Positions 7,317 to 16,742 are shown, counted from the first letter of the stretch. The stretch: 64,000 bases of DNA from an uncultured Mycoplasmatota bacterium (GCA_900545005.1 UQXO01000007.1:11126-75125), one strand, 5' to 3'. Numbers and translations: made by a program. Notes: a model not told the origin generated them from the letters alone.

Positions 7317-9293
7317 ATGAAAAGTAAAAAGAAATTAATAATAACTAGTATCTCTATAATAGCTATATGTATTGCCTTTATTGGTTTATCTTATGCTTAT
7401 TGGTATGTAAGAAATATCCAGGATACTACTAGCAATGCAACGACGGGATGTTTTCAAGTAGAGCTCACTAATCAATCGGGAGAAATAAATTTAGATAATG
7501 CATATCCAATTACAGATGAAGAAGGTCTTAAGTTAAAACCATTTAGTTTTACCATTCATAATACTTGTAGTATTTTTGCTCATTATTATGTAAATGTAGA
7601 ATTATTAGAAGGTACAACTTTAAATAGTCATTATGTAGCTACGAGAGTTAATAATGAAGAGATTAAGACTTTAGATAGCTTTAATACAGCAGTAACTACT
7701 ATCGACAACAGCGTATCTTCATATACGGTAGCTGAAGGTTACCTAGGAGCCGATGACCAAGAAGACTATAGTATTTCCTTATGGATAGATGAAGATGTAA
7801 CGGTAGATGATGATATCTTTGGAAAGATTTTTAAATCAAAAGTAGTAGTAAATTCTGAACCTGGTAGCTATGATCCTGTAAGTGCTGGCTATACTAAGCT
7901 AGGTGATGCTATCTTAGCTAATGAATATCAAACAACGCCAGATATAGCTAAGGCAAAAATTGCTAATAAACAAGAAGTTGATTTAACTAATACTGCTCCC
8001 GTAATTAAATGGGTTGAAAAGACAGGAGAAAATTCAACCAAAAGTATTATAAAAATTAGCTCAAATTCGATTAATATAGATGATGCTACTAGTGAATTAA
8101 CTGAGAATGATACAAAATTAAAACTATATACATCGTATTCATTTGATGCTGATACGGCAAAATATAAATTAAGTAATCCGATTGTTGCTGATCCAACTAC
8201 TTTAGATTATTCAAATGGAACTAATTATTATATTATAGAAGAAGATATGAGTTTTAACCAAATGACAAAAAAGTTATTTACTCATAATCTCTTGAGTGAC
8301 ATTACCATATATCTTATTAAAGACGCTTCTAAGTCATCTTCAAAATTGATGTTAAATAATACTTCTTATGATAGTGTAAAATATAATCTTAATGTAACGT
8401 CTTTAACAGAAATGGAGTTAGAAACTGATAAATCTGATAGAGGCTTATATCAAAGTACTGATGATTATGGGACAACCTATTATTATCGAGGCAATGTTAA
8501 GAATAACAATGTTTATTTTGCCGGATTTTATTGGCAAATAGTGAGAATAAACGGTGATGGTTCCATAAGACTTATTTATAATGGTGCCGTAAAAAATGCT
8601 AATGGCATAAATCAATCAATAAATAGTAAAACTTATCAATTTAATAAAGTATATAATGATCCTGCTTATGTTGGCTATATGTATGGTGATTCGGAGGGAA
8701 CGACAGTTGATGAAGTTCATAACAATACTAATTCATCGCCTATTAAAATAATAATAGATAACTGGTATCAAAATAACATTATTAGCAATGGTTACGACGA
8801 CTATATATCAATAACTGCCGGATTTTGTGGAGATAGAACAGTTATTAAAGGCGATGGTGTAAGTAACACAGCGGAAACAACATTTGGAGCACTAGGAAGA
8901 CTGCAGCAGAATTCTGCACAATTCAATTGTCCAGAATTATCAAGGGATTTATATACAACTGCTGATGCTAATATTGGAAATAAGGCGTTAACATATCCAA
9001 TTGGTTTAATAACTTCTGATGAATTAGTCTTTGCTGGCATGGATTCTAAACATACTAATAGGTTATCTTGGATTTATTCAGAATTAAATAGTTGGACTAT
9101 GTCACCTTCCACATTTAACGTATCATATTCGATGGGGAGATTGTTTTATCAAATTGGTAGTGGATATATTCATATTCATGGGTGGCCAACAAGCACGTTA
9201 AGTGTCCGTCCTGTTATAAATCTAAAAGAAGATGTAGAAATATCAGGTGGAATGGGGACGGCAAATGATCCATTTATTGTGAAAACTAATTAA
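7317..9293 (+). CDS. secreted/anchored paralog: same N-module + long linker + C-terminal YYYRGN..WQIVRINGDG..VRPVINLK domain
   Basis: LSYAYW signal end. NAYPITDEEG..FSFTIHNTC..DYSISLWIDEDV is shared with 26013. C-terminal domain motifs are shared with 26013 (ALTYPIGL, VRPVxNLK, DP[FY]). Starts 12 nt after the 5935 gene. Confidence 0.75.
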   Translation: MKSKKKLIITSISIIAICIAFIGLSYAYWYVRNIQDTTSNATTGCFQVELTNQSGEINLDNAYPITDEEGLKLKPFSFTIHNTCSIFAHYYVNVELLEGTTLNSHYVATRVNNEEIKTLDSFNTAVTTIDNSVSSYTVAEGYLGADDQEDYSISLWIDEDVTVDDDIFGKIFKSKVVVNSEPGSYDPVSAGYTKLGDAILANEYQTTPDIAKAKIANKQEVDLTNTAPVIKWVEKTGENSTKSIIKISSNSINIDDATSELTENDTKLKLYTSYSFDADTAKYKLSNPIVADPTTLDYSNGTNYYIIEEDMSFNQMTKKLFTHNLLSDITIYLIKDASKSSSKLMLNNTSYDSVKYNLNVTSLTEMELETDKSDRGLYQSTDDYGTTYYYRGNVKNNNVYFAGFYWQIVRINGDGSIRLIYNGAVKNANGINQSINSKTYQFNKVYNDPAYVGYMYGDSEGTTVDEVHNNTNSSPIKIIIDNWYQNNIISNGYDDYISITAGFCGDRTVIKGDGVSNTAETTFGALGRLQQNSAQFNCPELSRDLYTTADANIGNKALTYPIGLITSDELVFAGMDSKHTNRLSWIYSELNSWTMSPSTFNVSYSMGRLFYQIGSGYIHIHGWPTSTLSVRPVINLKEDVEISGGMGTANDPFIVKTN

Positions 9294-9344
9294 GTAACGG
9301 GGCCGAAATTAATGTGTTCTCTTATCAAATGGCCCCGTTACTTT
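9294..9344 (+). terminator. GC-rich hairpin (11-bp stem GTAACGGGGCC/GGCCCCGTTAC, 26-nt loop)
   Basis: Perfect stem immediately after the stop codon of 7317..9293, followed by TTTGAATATT. The large loop is atypical for a terminator. Confidence 0.45.
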
Positions 9345-9351
9345 GAATATT

Positions 9352-9383
9352 AAGACTTGTAGAAATTCTATAAGTCTTTTTTT
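9352..9383 (+). terminator. rho-independent terminator
   Basis: Stem AAGACTTGTAG/CTATAAGTCTT (one G-U pair) followed by a T-run. Confidence 0.6.
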
Positions 9384-9418
9384 AATACTAATTAAATACA
9401 ATGTACTAGGGTGGTTTA

Positions 9419-10111
9419 ATGATAAATATAATTATAAACTTCTTGAAAAGTATTTTCTTATTTACAGGGAGTTATTCTAATACAGTCTTTAAAGAACCAT
9501 TAAGTCCATTAGAAGAAGAAAAGTATATTAACTTAATGGAAACCGGAGATAAGGAAGCTAGAAATATCTTAATCGAACATAATCTTAGATTAGTAGCCCA
9601 TATCGTTAAGAAATTTAATCCTCCACTGACTCTAACTGATGATTTAATAAGTATTGGGACTATAGGACTTATTAAAGGAATAGATTCTTATAAGAAGAAT
9701 AAGAATATTAAAATTACTACTTATGCTGCTAGATGTATAGAAAATGAAATTCTTATGTATTATCGCCAATCTAAGAAATATCAAAATACTGTTTCTTTAG
9801 ATGATTATATTGGTATTGATAAAGAAGGTAATAAGATTAATTTAAAAGATGTTATTAAAGATAAGAATAAACCTATTGAAGAAGAATTATATCTTAAAGA
9901 TAATATCGACTTATTAAAGAAATTTATTACGAAGTTAAATAAAAGAGAACAGAATATCATTACTAATAGGTATGGTCTTAATAATAGAAAAGCTAAGACT
10001 CAAAAAGAAATAGCTAAAGAAATGCATATCTCTAGAAGTTATGTTTCCAGAATAGAAAAACGAGCGATAAGTAAAATCCTAAGAGAATTTATTAAGACTT
10101 CGAAGACTTAA
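9419..10111 (+). CDS. sigK: RNA polymerase sporulation sigma factor SigK (pro-sigma-K, uninterrupted)
   Basis: FKEPLSPLEEEKYINLMETGDKEARNILIEHNLRLVAHIVKKF and ISRSYVSRIEKRA closely match my recollection of B. subtilis pro-SigK. A hydrophobic pro-sequence is present. GGGTGG RBS. Confidence 0.85.
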   Translation: MINIIINFLKSIFLFTGSYSNTVFKEPLSPLEEEKYINLMETGDKEARNILIEHNLRLVAHIVKKFNPPLTLTDDLISIGTIGLIKGIDSYKKNKNIKITTYAARCIENEILMYYRQSKKYQNTVSLDDYIGIDKEGNKINLKDVIKDKNKPIEEELYLKDNIDLLKKFITKLNKREQNIITNRYGLNNRKAKTQKEIAKEMHISRSYVSRIEKRAISKILREFIKTSKT

Positions 10112-10385
10112 TAAGTTTTAAAGACTTAGAAGGTTTTATGGAATTTAAATATTCTAAGATAATAAAACCTGCTGGAAACTTATTAATATTACGAATACTT
10201 TTGATGATAATAGAACATTCAAGAAAATTGACTACTAGGTCATTACCTCTCTTATGAATGTTTTCTAAAGAACCATAATTATCATATAGAAGAGAATTAA
10301 GATATTCTAAGTTATTAGTTTTTCTCTTAAAACCATTATAATCAATTAAAATATAATTTACTTTTAAAGATATTTCTATTTTCAT
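10092..10385 (-). CDS. hypothetical small protein (97 aa)
   Basis: GAGGA RBS 7 nt before ATG at 10385. Convergent with sigK, with a 20-nt overlap of its 3' end. No recognisable motif. Confidence 0.35.
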   Translation of the reverse strand: MKIEISLKVNYILIDYNGFKRKTNNLEYLNSLLYDNYGSLENIHKRGNDLVVNFLECSIIIKSIRNINKFPAGFIILEYLNSIKPSKSLKLIKSSKS

Positions 10386-10513
10386 AATATTCCTCACTAG
10401 GTATTTAGGGTACTCTAAAGATGATGGTTTGTAAAGAAAAATATCACAAAAAATAAACTTTTTGTTTAAATAATATTATTTTTTGCTATAATGTAATCAT
10501 AGGAGGATAGAAA

Positions 10514-11245
10514 ATGAAACCACAAGATGAACCTATACATATTAAAGTTGAAAAGAAAAGTGATATAGCGCCTTTAGTATTGATGCCAGGAGATCCGTTG
10601 CGTGCTAAATACATAGCTGAAAAATTCTTAGATAATGCTAGACTCGTCACCAGTGTTCGCAATATGTTTGGCTTTACAGGAACTTATAAGGGAAAGAAAA
10701 TTACCATCATGGGAAGTGGCATGGGTATGCCTAGTATGAGTATCTATGCCTTTGAATTGTTTTATTACTTTGGAGTAGAAAAAATCATTCGCATCGGTAC
10801 CTGTGGAGTAGTGACGAAAGATATTAAAGTACCCGAGTTAATTTTAGCTGACAGTGTATATAGTCTTTCTAATTTTGCTTATAACTATGATGGGTATGAT
10901 AAAAATATGGAGTATCCTAGTAAGACTTTGAATGCTTCTATTATTAAGACGGCGGAAGAACAAGGAAAAAAACTCCATGTCGGCACGATGCTTACTTGTG
11001 ATGCTTTTGGACCTTATATTGATATGGATAAAGTCTTAAGAAGAATTCCCGAAGAAGTAAAACCAATTGCCGAAGAGATGGAAGCTTATGCTCTAGTTCA
11101 CGTTGCTAATACTTTTAAACGTGAGGCCACCGCAATTGTAACAGCGGTTGATTCCAAGTTTAGTGATGTCGTTTTACCTATAGAAGACCGGGAAAAGTCC
11201 TTGGATGATATGATTACTCTAGCACTTGATGCTATTATAAGATAA
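10514..11245 (+). CDS. deoD: purine nucleoside phosphorylase, DeoD type
   Basis: LMPGDPLRAKYIAEKFL...GFTGTYKGKKITIMGSGMGMPS...EMEAYAL motifs. AGGAGG RBS. Confidence 0.9.
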   Translation: MKPQDEPIHIKVEKKSDIAPLVLMPGDPLRAKYIAEKFLDNARLVTSVRNMFGFTGTYKGKKITIMGSGMGMPSMSIYAFELFYYFGVEKIIRIGTCGVVTKDIKVPELILADSVYSLSNFAYNYDGYDKNMEYPSKTLNASIIKTAEEQGKKLHVGTMLTCDAFGPYIDMDKVLRRIPEEVKPIAEEMEAYALVHVANTFKREATAIVTAVDSKFSDVVLPIEDREKSLDDMITLALDAIIR

Positions 11246-11271
11246 AGGGCGTTGGCAAGCACCAACTTGAA

Positions 11272-11294
11272 ATATAGGGAAACCTATATTTTTT
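11272..11294 (+). terminator. rho-independent terminator after deoD
   Basis: Stem ATATAGG/CCTATAT, GAAA loop, T-run. Confidence 0.6.
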
Positions 11295-11308
11295 AAGGAT
11301 TAATATAT

Positions 11309-12166
11309 ATGGATAATGAATATAGAAATTATTTGACAAGTGTTAGAAAGTATCCTGATAATACCGTTAATAGTTATCTTAGTGATATTACTATCTTTAA
11401 AGAGTATTTAAGTTCTTTAAAGATTAATTATCTTAAAGTAGATAAAGATATTATTAGAGAATATTTAAAAGTCTTAGGAAATAGTAATTATAAGAGTAGT
11501 AGTATTAATAGAATTCTTTCTAGTCTAAAGAATTATTATGATTATTTAGAATATAAACATCTAATAGAATATAATCCTCTTAAGGATTTAAATAGACCAA
11601 AGAAAGAAAAAAGACTACCAAATTTCATTAATAATAATGACTACGAAGAGATAATAAAGAAATCCCTAGAACGGACTGACTTTATAGGACGCAGAAATAC
11701 TCTTTTACTAGAACTTCTTTATAGTAGTGGGATAAGAATTAGTGAAGCTCTTAATATTAAGATTAAAGATATTAATATGGGTGATAAAAGTATTAGAATC
11801 CTAGGAAAAGGTAGTAAGATGCGCATAGTCTATTTTGGAGAGTATGCTAAAGAGTATTTAGAAGAGTATCTTAAAGTAAGAAATAGTTCTTTAGAATATT
11901 TATTTCTAAATAAGAATAATACTCTCTTAACAAGAAGAGGAGCCGAGTATATAATTAGTAATTTGGTTAAAACTAGTCTTCTAAAGAAGAAAGTAACACC
12001 CCATACATTTCGACATTCTTATGCTACCGAAATGTTAAATAATGGCGCCGATATTAGAAGTGTTCAAGAACTCTTAGGACATTCTTCTCTTTCCACGACA
12101 GGTATTTATACACATGTGACTAATGAAGTTGTAAGAAGAGAATATTTAAAAGCTTTTAAAAGATAA
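11309..12166 (+). CDS. tyrosine recombinase, XerC/XerD family
   Basis: N-terminal SAM-like domain (NTVNSYLSDITIFKEYL). Catalytic region RISEAL...HTFRHSYATEMLNNGADIRSVQELLGHSSLSTTGIYTHV carries the R..H-R-H..Y residues. Confidence 0.85.
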   Translation: MDNEYRNYLTSVRKYPDNTVNSYLSDITIFKEYLSSLKINYLKVDKDIIREYLKVLGNSNYKSSSINRILSSLKNYYDYLEYKHLIEYNPLKDLNRPKKEKRLPNFINNNDYEEIIKKSLERTDFIGRRNTLLLELLYSSGIRISEALNIKIKDINMGDKSIRILGKGSKMRIVYFGEYAKEYLEEYLKVRNSSLEYLFLNKNNTLLTRRGAEYIISNLVKTSLLKKKVTPHTFRHSYATEMLNNGADIRSVQELLGHSSLSTTGIYTHVTNEVVRREYLKAFKR

Positions 12167-12241
12167 AAATGGTCTAAAATAAAAAGAATATTCTATATTT
12201 AATTAGAATAAAAAGAAAGGAATAGTTAAATTTAACTAGTG

Positions 12242-14875
12242 ATGATGATGAAAAAATTTGTATATGATTTTAATGAGGGCAATAAAGACATGAGAGAACT
12301 CTTAGGAGGTAAGGGTGCTAATCTATGTAGTATGGCCTCTCTTGGTCTACCTGTTCCCGAGGGGTTTATCATAACGACTGAGGCTTGTAATAAGTATTAT
12401 GAAGAAAATGAGACCTTACCAGTTGCTATTGAAGAAGAAATCTATAAACATTTACGTACTTTAGAAGAAAAGACAAAGAAAATCTTAGGAGATGCGAATA
12501 AACCCCTATTAGTGTCAGTTCGTAGTGGAGCTAGAAGTAGTATGCCCGGGATGATGGATACTATCTTAAATTTGGGTCTTAATGATGAGGTAGCCGCTTC
12601 TTTAAGCGCGACTATGCAAAATAAAAGATTTGTCTATGACTCTTATAGACGTCTTATTATGATGTTTTGTGATGTTGTTATGGGTGGTGATAAGAGTCTT
12701 TTTGAAGAATATTTAACTACTTATAAGAAAGAAAAAGGTTATTCAAGTGATATTGAGCTTTCCGGAGATGATTGGTTCTTTATAACTAATAAATATAAAG
12801 AAATGTATAAAGATATTACTAAAGAAGAGTTTCCTAAGGATGCTACTAGTCAGTTAATAATGGCTGTGGGAGCCGTATTTAAGTCATGGAATAATAAACG
12901 AGCTATCTACTATCGTAAGATTAATAATATTCCTGATTCTTGGGGAACAGCCGTTAACATTCAAGAGATGGTTTATGGTAATAAGAATAATAATTCCGGA
13001 ACAGGAGTAGCTTTTAGTAGAAGTCCTATTACCGGAGAAGATAAACTCTTTGGAGAATATTTAATTAATGCGCAAGGAGAAGATGTAGTAGCAGGAGTAA
13101 GAACTCCTAAGAGTATTGATTCTTTAAAAGAAATTATGCCTAATGTCTATGCCGAATTCCAAAGAATTGCGAAAAGATTAGAAGACTACTATCAAGATAT
13201 GCAAGATATGGAGTTTACCATAGAAGATGGACATCTTTATATGTTACAGACGAGAAATGGTAAAAGAACGGGTTTAGCTAGTCTAAATATTGCCACCTCC
13301 CTAGTAAAAGAAGGAAAAATTACTAAGGAAGAAGCTATTGAAAGAGTTAGTATTGATGATATTACGCAAGCAATGCATCCTATATTTAAAGAAGGGAGTC
13401 TAAAGAATGCTACTCTTATTGGTAGTGGTCTTGCCGCTAGTCCTGGAGCCGCCCGAGGAGCTATTGTCTTTGAAGCTAGCAAAGCTATTGAAGAAGCTAA
13501 AAAAGGTCATAAGACCATTTTAGTCCGTCATGAAACTAGTCCCGAAGATATTGAAGGAATGCATTATGCCGAAGGTGTCTTAACTATTAGAGGAGGAATG
13601 ACTTCTCATGCCGCCGTAGTAGCTAGAGGAATGGGGATTGTCTGTGTTAGTGGTTGTAGTAATATGGATATTCTTAATAATACTTTAATTACTAAGGATA
13701 AGAAAACTCTAAAAGAGGGTGATGTAATCTCAATTGATGGGACTACTGGTAACGTATATATGGGTTCTTTAGAACTAGAAAGTGCTAGTAGTAATACCGC
13801 TTTAACGGACCTTTTAAAGATGTGTGATGAAGTTAAAAACTTAGGAGTTCGCGCGAATGCAGATACTAAAAAAGATATGGAAATTGCCAAAAACTTTGGA
13901 GCTGAAGGAATTGGTCTTGTTCGTACGGAACATATGTTCTTTGAGACGATGCGAATCTTTAAATTTAGACAGATGATTCTAGCTCCAGATAAAGAAACGC
14001 GTCTAAAAGCCTTAGTATCCCTTCTTCCTTATCAAGAAAAAGACTTCGAAGAATTATATCGTCTAAATTCCGGCTTACCAGTTGTTATTCGTTACTTAGA
14101 CCCACCTTTACATGAATTCTTACCTAAAGAAGATAAAGAAATAGCTGAACTAGCTAAAGTCTTAAATCTTAGTATAGAGGACTTAAAATTAAAAATAGAT
14201 AGTCTAAAAGAATTTAATCCGATGATGGGACATCGTGGCTCAAGATTAGATATAACTTATCCGGAGATTGCCGTTATGCAGACTAATGCCATTATCAGTG
14301 CTGCTTGTAATGTTAAGAACGAAGGAATTGAACCAGTGGTTGAAATCATGTTACCACTTATTATGGATAGTAAAGAATTTATTTATATAAAGAATATTGT
14401 AGAAAAAGAGATAAAAAGAGTCTTAACAAAGAGAAATATAGACTTATCTTATCAGATTGGCGCCATGATAGAAGTTCCTAGAGCCGCTATTCTAGCTGAT
14501 GAATTAGCTCAAGTTTGTGATTTCTTCTCTTTTGGAACGAATGATTTAACTCAATTAACTTTTGGTTTCTCTAGAGATGATGCTGCTAAATTCTTAAAAG
14601 ATTACTATGATAAGAAAATCCTAACTACTGATCCCTTTATGAACTTAGATACCAATGGGGTAGGAAAGTTAGTTAAGGTGGCAACTAAATTATCAAGAGC
14701 GATAAAACCTAATATTTCCTTAGGAGTGTGTGGAGAACATGCGGCCTCCCTAGAATCTATTATCTTCTTTGATCGTATTGGCTTATCTTATATATCAGCC
14801 TCGGCTTATCGCGTACCAATTGCCAAACTAGCCGCCGCTAAAGCCGCCCTAATTAATAAGAAAACTAATAACTAG
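12242..14875 (+). CDS. ppdK: pyruvate, phosphate dikinase
   Basis: About 875 aa. GGKGANL ATP-grasp N-terminus, GGMTSHAAVVARGMG phosphohistidine motif and GVCGEHA C-terminal PEP-utilising motif. The start lies among ATG 12242, 12245 and 12248. Confidence 0.95.
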   Translation: MMMKKFVYDFNEGNKDMRELLGGKGANLCSMASLGLPVPEGFIITTEACNKYYEENETLPVAIEEEIYKHLRTLEEKTKKILGDANKPLLVSVRSGARSSMPGMMDTILNLGLNDEVAASLSATMQNKRFVYDSYRRLIMMFCDVVMGGDKSLFEEYLTTYKKEKGYSSDIELSGDDWFFITNKYKEMYKDITKEEFPKDATSQLIMAVGAVFKSWNNKRAIYYRKINNIPDSWGTAVNIQEMVYGNKNNNSGTGVAFSRSPITGEDKLFGEYLINAQGEDVVAGVRTPKSIDSLKEIMPNVYAEFQRIAKRLEDYYQDMQDMEFTIEDGHLYMLQTRNGKRTGLASLNIATSLVKEGKITKEEAIERVSIDDITQAMHPIFKEGSLKNATLIGSGLAASPGAARGAIVFEASKAIEEAKKGHKTILVRHETSPEDIEGMHYAEGVLTIRGGMTSHAAVVARGMGIVCVSGCSNMDILNNTLITKDKKTLKEGDVISIDGTTGNVYMGSLELESASSNTALTDLLKMCDEVKNLGVRANADTKKDMEIAKNFGAEGIGLVRTEHMFFETMRIFKFRQMILAPDKETRLKALVSLLPYQEKDFEELYRLNSGLPVVIRYLDPPLHEFLPKEDKEIAELAKVLNLSIEDLKLKIDSLKEFNPMMGHRGSRLDITYPEIAVMQTNAIISAACNVKNEGIEPVVEIMLPLIMDSKEFIYIKNIVEKEIKRVLTKRNIDLSYQIGAMIEVPRAAILADELAQVCDFFSFGTNDLTQLTFGFSRDDAAKFLKDYYDKKILTTDPFMNLDTNGVGKLVKVATKLSRAIKPNISLGVCGEHAASLESIIFFDRIGLSYISASAYRVPIAKLAAAKAALINKKTNN

Positions 14876-14898
14876 TACCTTAATTGGTACTTTTTTTC
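14874..14898 (+). terminator. rho-independent terminator after ppdK
   Basis: Stem AGTACC/GGTACT, 6-nt loop, TTTTTTT. Confidence 0.6.
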
Positions 14899-14943
14899 TT
14901 TAAGAAAATATAGTATAATTTGTAATATAGATGGAGGATAAAA

Positions 14944-15849
14944 ATGATAAAAACATTATCTTTAGGACAAGCTAATTATGATATTTATGTAAGTGTAGAT
15001 ACCTTTCCACAGGAAGGAACAAAAACTAGATTTATTAATAAGATTGGTTGTGGTGGAGGAACGTCATGTAACGTTTCTTATATGTTAGCTAAATGGGGTG
15101 TTTCATCGACTTTTGCTGGAGTCGTTGGTAATGATGTTTATGGAACTAGAGTTCGTAAGGAATTAGAAAGTGCAGGAGTAGATACCAGATATATTGAAAC
15201 TTCTTATGAAAAGGATACCGTCTTAGCATTTAATATCTTAGATAGTAGTAAAAAGGTCCCAACAAAATTAGAAGTTGCCGATGAATATGTTAAATTAAAG
15301 AAGTTTGATTTTGATTTTCAACCAGACTTAATTATCTTAGATGGTGGTGATACTTATGCTTCTAAACAGACAATCGAAAGATTTCCTCGAGCTATTAGTG
15401 TCTTAAAAATAGACCGTTTTAATCAGGATATTGCTGCTGTAGCTCTAAAAGTCAATTACTTAATTTGTTCTTTAGATTTTGCTAGTGATGTGATGAAATC
15501 TCCAGTAGATAAGAGTAATGTGAGTAGCTTAGTTAATTGTTATACCGAGCTTCGCAATCGTTTTGAACATCAGAATATAATTATTACTTTAGGAAGTAAT
15601 GGGGCTATGTATTTAGTAGATGACCAAATTAAGATTTCTCCCGCTTTAAAGATGGATATCGTAGATACTTCTGGGTGTGGTGATATCTTTACCGGGGCTT
15701 TCTGTTACGGACTAGCAGCCAGTTATCCTTTAGAAAAGGCTATTAAATATGGTAATATTGCGGCAGGGTTAGCAACGAGAACTATTGGGGGAAGATTATC
15801 AATTCCTAAACTAGATGAGGTTAATAAAATCTATGAGAAAAATAATTGA
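14944..15849 (+). CDS. PfkB-family carbohydrate kinase (ribokinase-like)
   Basis: GGGTSCNVS N-terminal motif and DTSGCGDIFTGAF C-terminal PfkB signature. Confidence 0.8.
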   Translation: MIKTLSLGQANYDIYVSVDTFPQEGTKTRFINKIGCGGGTSCNVSYMLAKWGVSSTFAGVVGNDVYGTRVRKELESAGVDTRYIETSYEKDTVLAFNILDSSKKVPTKLEVADEYVKLKKFDFDFQPDLIILDGGDTYASKQTIERFPRAISVLKIDRFNQDIAAVALKVNYLICSLDFASDVMKSPVDKSNVSSLVNCYTELRNRFEHQNIIITLGSNGAMYLVDDQIKISPALKMDIVDTSGCGDIFTGAFCYGLAASYPLEKAIKYGNIAAGLATRTIGGRLSIPKLDEVNKIYEKNN

Positions 15850-16111
15850 TCCTTTTACAGATTATTTACCTCATTTAGACTTACACGGTGAGACGACTGC
15901 TACTTGTGTTTATCTTGTAGAGTCGTTTTTACGTGATAATGTGAAACTTAGAAATACGAAAGTAGTAATTATCCATGGTAAAGGTAGTGGAGCTATAAGA
16001 GGCAAGACTCATGAACTCTTAAAGAAAAATAAGACCGTTTCTAAGTATTATATAGATGGTTTAAATGATGGACAAACAATTGTTGAACTAAAAATTGCTA
16101 GAAAAATTTGA
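15833..16111 (+). CDS. Smr-domain protein
   Basis: LDLHGETTATCVYLVESFL...VVIIHGKGSGAIR matches the Smr (MutS2 C-terminal-like) pattern. Start is uncertain: 15815 or 15833. Overlaps the kinase 3' end. Confidence 0.65.
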   Translation: MRKIIDPFTDYLPHLDLHGETTATCVYLVESFLRDNVKLRNTKVVIIHGKGSGAIRGKTHELLKKNKTVSKYYIDGLNDGQTIVELKIARKI

Positions 16112-16192
16112 CAAAACCTAGGAAATTTGGTAATATTAAGTCCCAATGGTAACTCGTATATATAGTAAAGATAGGCATCTTCGGATTGAAAT

Positions 16193-16221
16193 TTGACATT
16201 TGTAAACTTTTGTGCTATAAT
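16193..16221 (+). promoter_or_regulatory. consensus sigma-A promoter TTGACA-17-TATAAT with extended -10 TGC
   Basis: Perfect hexamers at 16193..16198 and 16216..16221. A second TTGACA-17-TAATAT lies at 16108..16136. Confidence 0.6.
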
Positions 16222-16254
16222 GTCGCTATCAAAGGGTTTTTAGGGGGAATGGTT

Positions 16255-16677
16255 ATGAAAGGTTTTGTTTTAGATTATACAAACGAAAATGAGTATCACA
16301 AACTAGAAAGAGCATTAAAAAAATATAATATGCTTGCTTATAAAAAATTAAATTTTGAATATTATCCTGATTTGAGAGATGGTAAATTTGTTGGTGAATT
16401 AGTTTCTCAAAATAAGAGTAAACACACTAAGACTTATGAGTTGAAATTACCTAGTGATAGAAAATTTGCTCAAATTCATGGTGATGTCAAATTGCACTAT
16501 GTAGTGTATGAACAGGAAGAAATGGTTATGTTGGATACTATTACACCATCAGATATTTTACTTGAAGGTCATCAATCAGAACTTGCAACTTATAAAGGTG
16601 TTATGATATCTAAAGAAAATGCTTCAAAAGACATGTTTAAAATTGATTTATTAAATATGTTACAAAATAATAAGTAG
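16255..16677 (+). CDS. hypothetical protein (140 aa)
   Basis: GGGGGA RBS 6 nt before ATG 16255; the track start at 16186 would overlap the promoter. No firm motif. The C-terminal half (KLHYVVYEQEEMVMLDTITP) is weakly RelE/ParE-like. Confidence 0.5.
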   Translation: MKGFVLDYTNENEYHKLERALKKYNMLAYKKLNFEYYPDLRDGKFVGELVSQNKSKHTKTYELKLPSDRKFAQIHGDVKLHYVVYEQEEMVMLDTITPSDILLEGHQSELATYKGVMISKENASKDMFKIDLLNMLQNNK

Positions 16678-16713
16678 TGATGCTTATTTTTTTTGTTTTT
16701 TGCTATAAATTTC

Positions 16714-16742
16714 TTGCAAGTCTAAAAGATTTATGGTATATT
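16714..16742 (+). promoter_or_regulatory. sigma-A type promoter (TTGCAA-17-TATATT) for the tRNA pair
   Basis: Hexamers at 16714..16719 and 16737..16742, 25 nt upstream of the tRNA. Confidence 0.5.

Noticed and set aside
9419-10111. A skin-like intervening element splitting sigK.
   Set aside because: The ORF is continuous from the pro-sequence to region 4.2 (ISRSYVSRIEKRA) and has a normal length of 230 aa.
11309-12166. Tyrosine recombinase as a marker of a mobile element.
   Set aside because: Its sequence and size fit chromosomal XerC/XerD. The flanking genes (deoD, ppdK) are housekeeping, and no att-like repeats were seen. It is kept only as a possible, unproven partner for the 5554/5819 inverted repeats.
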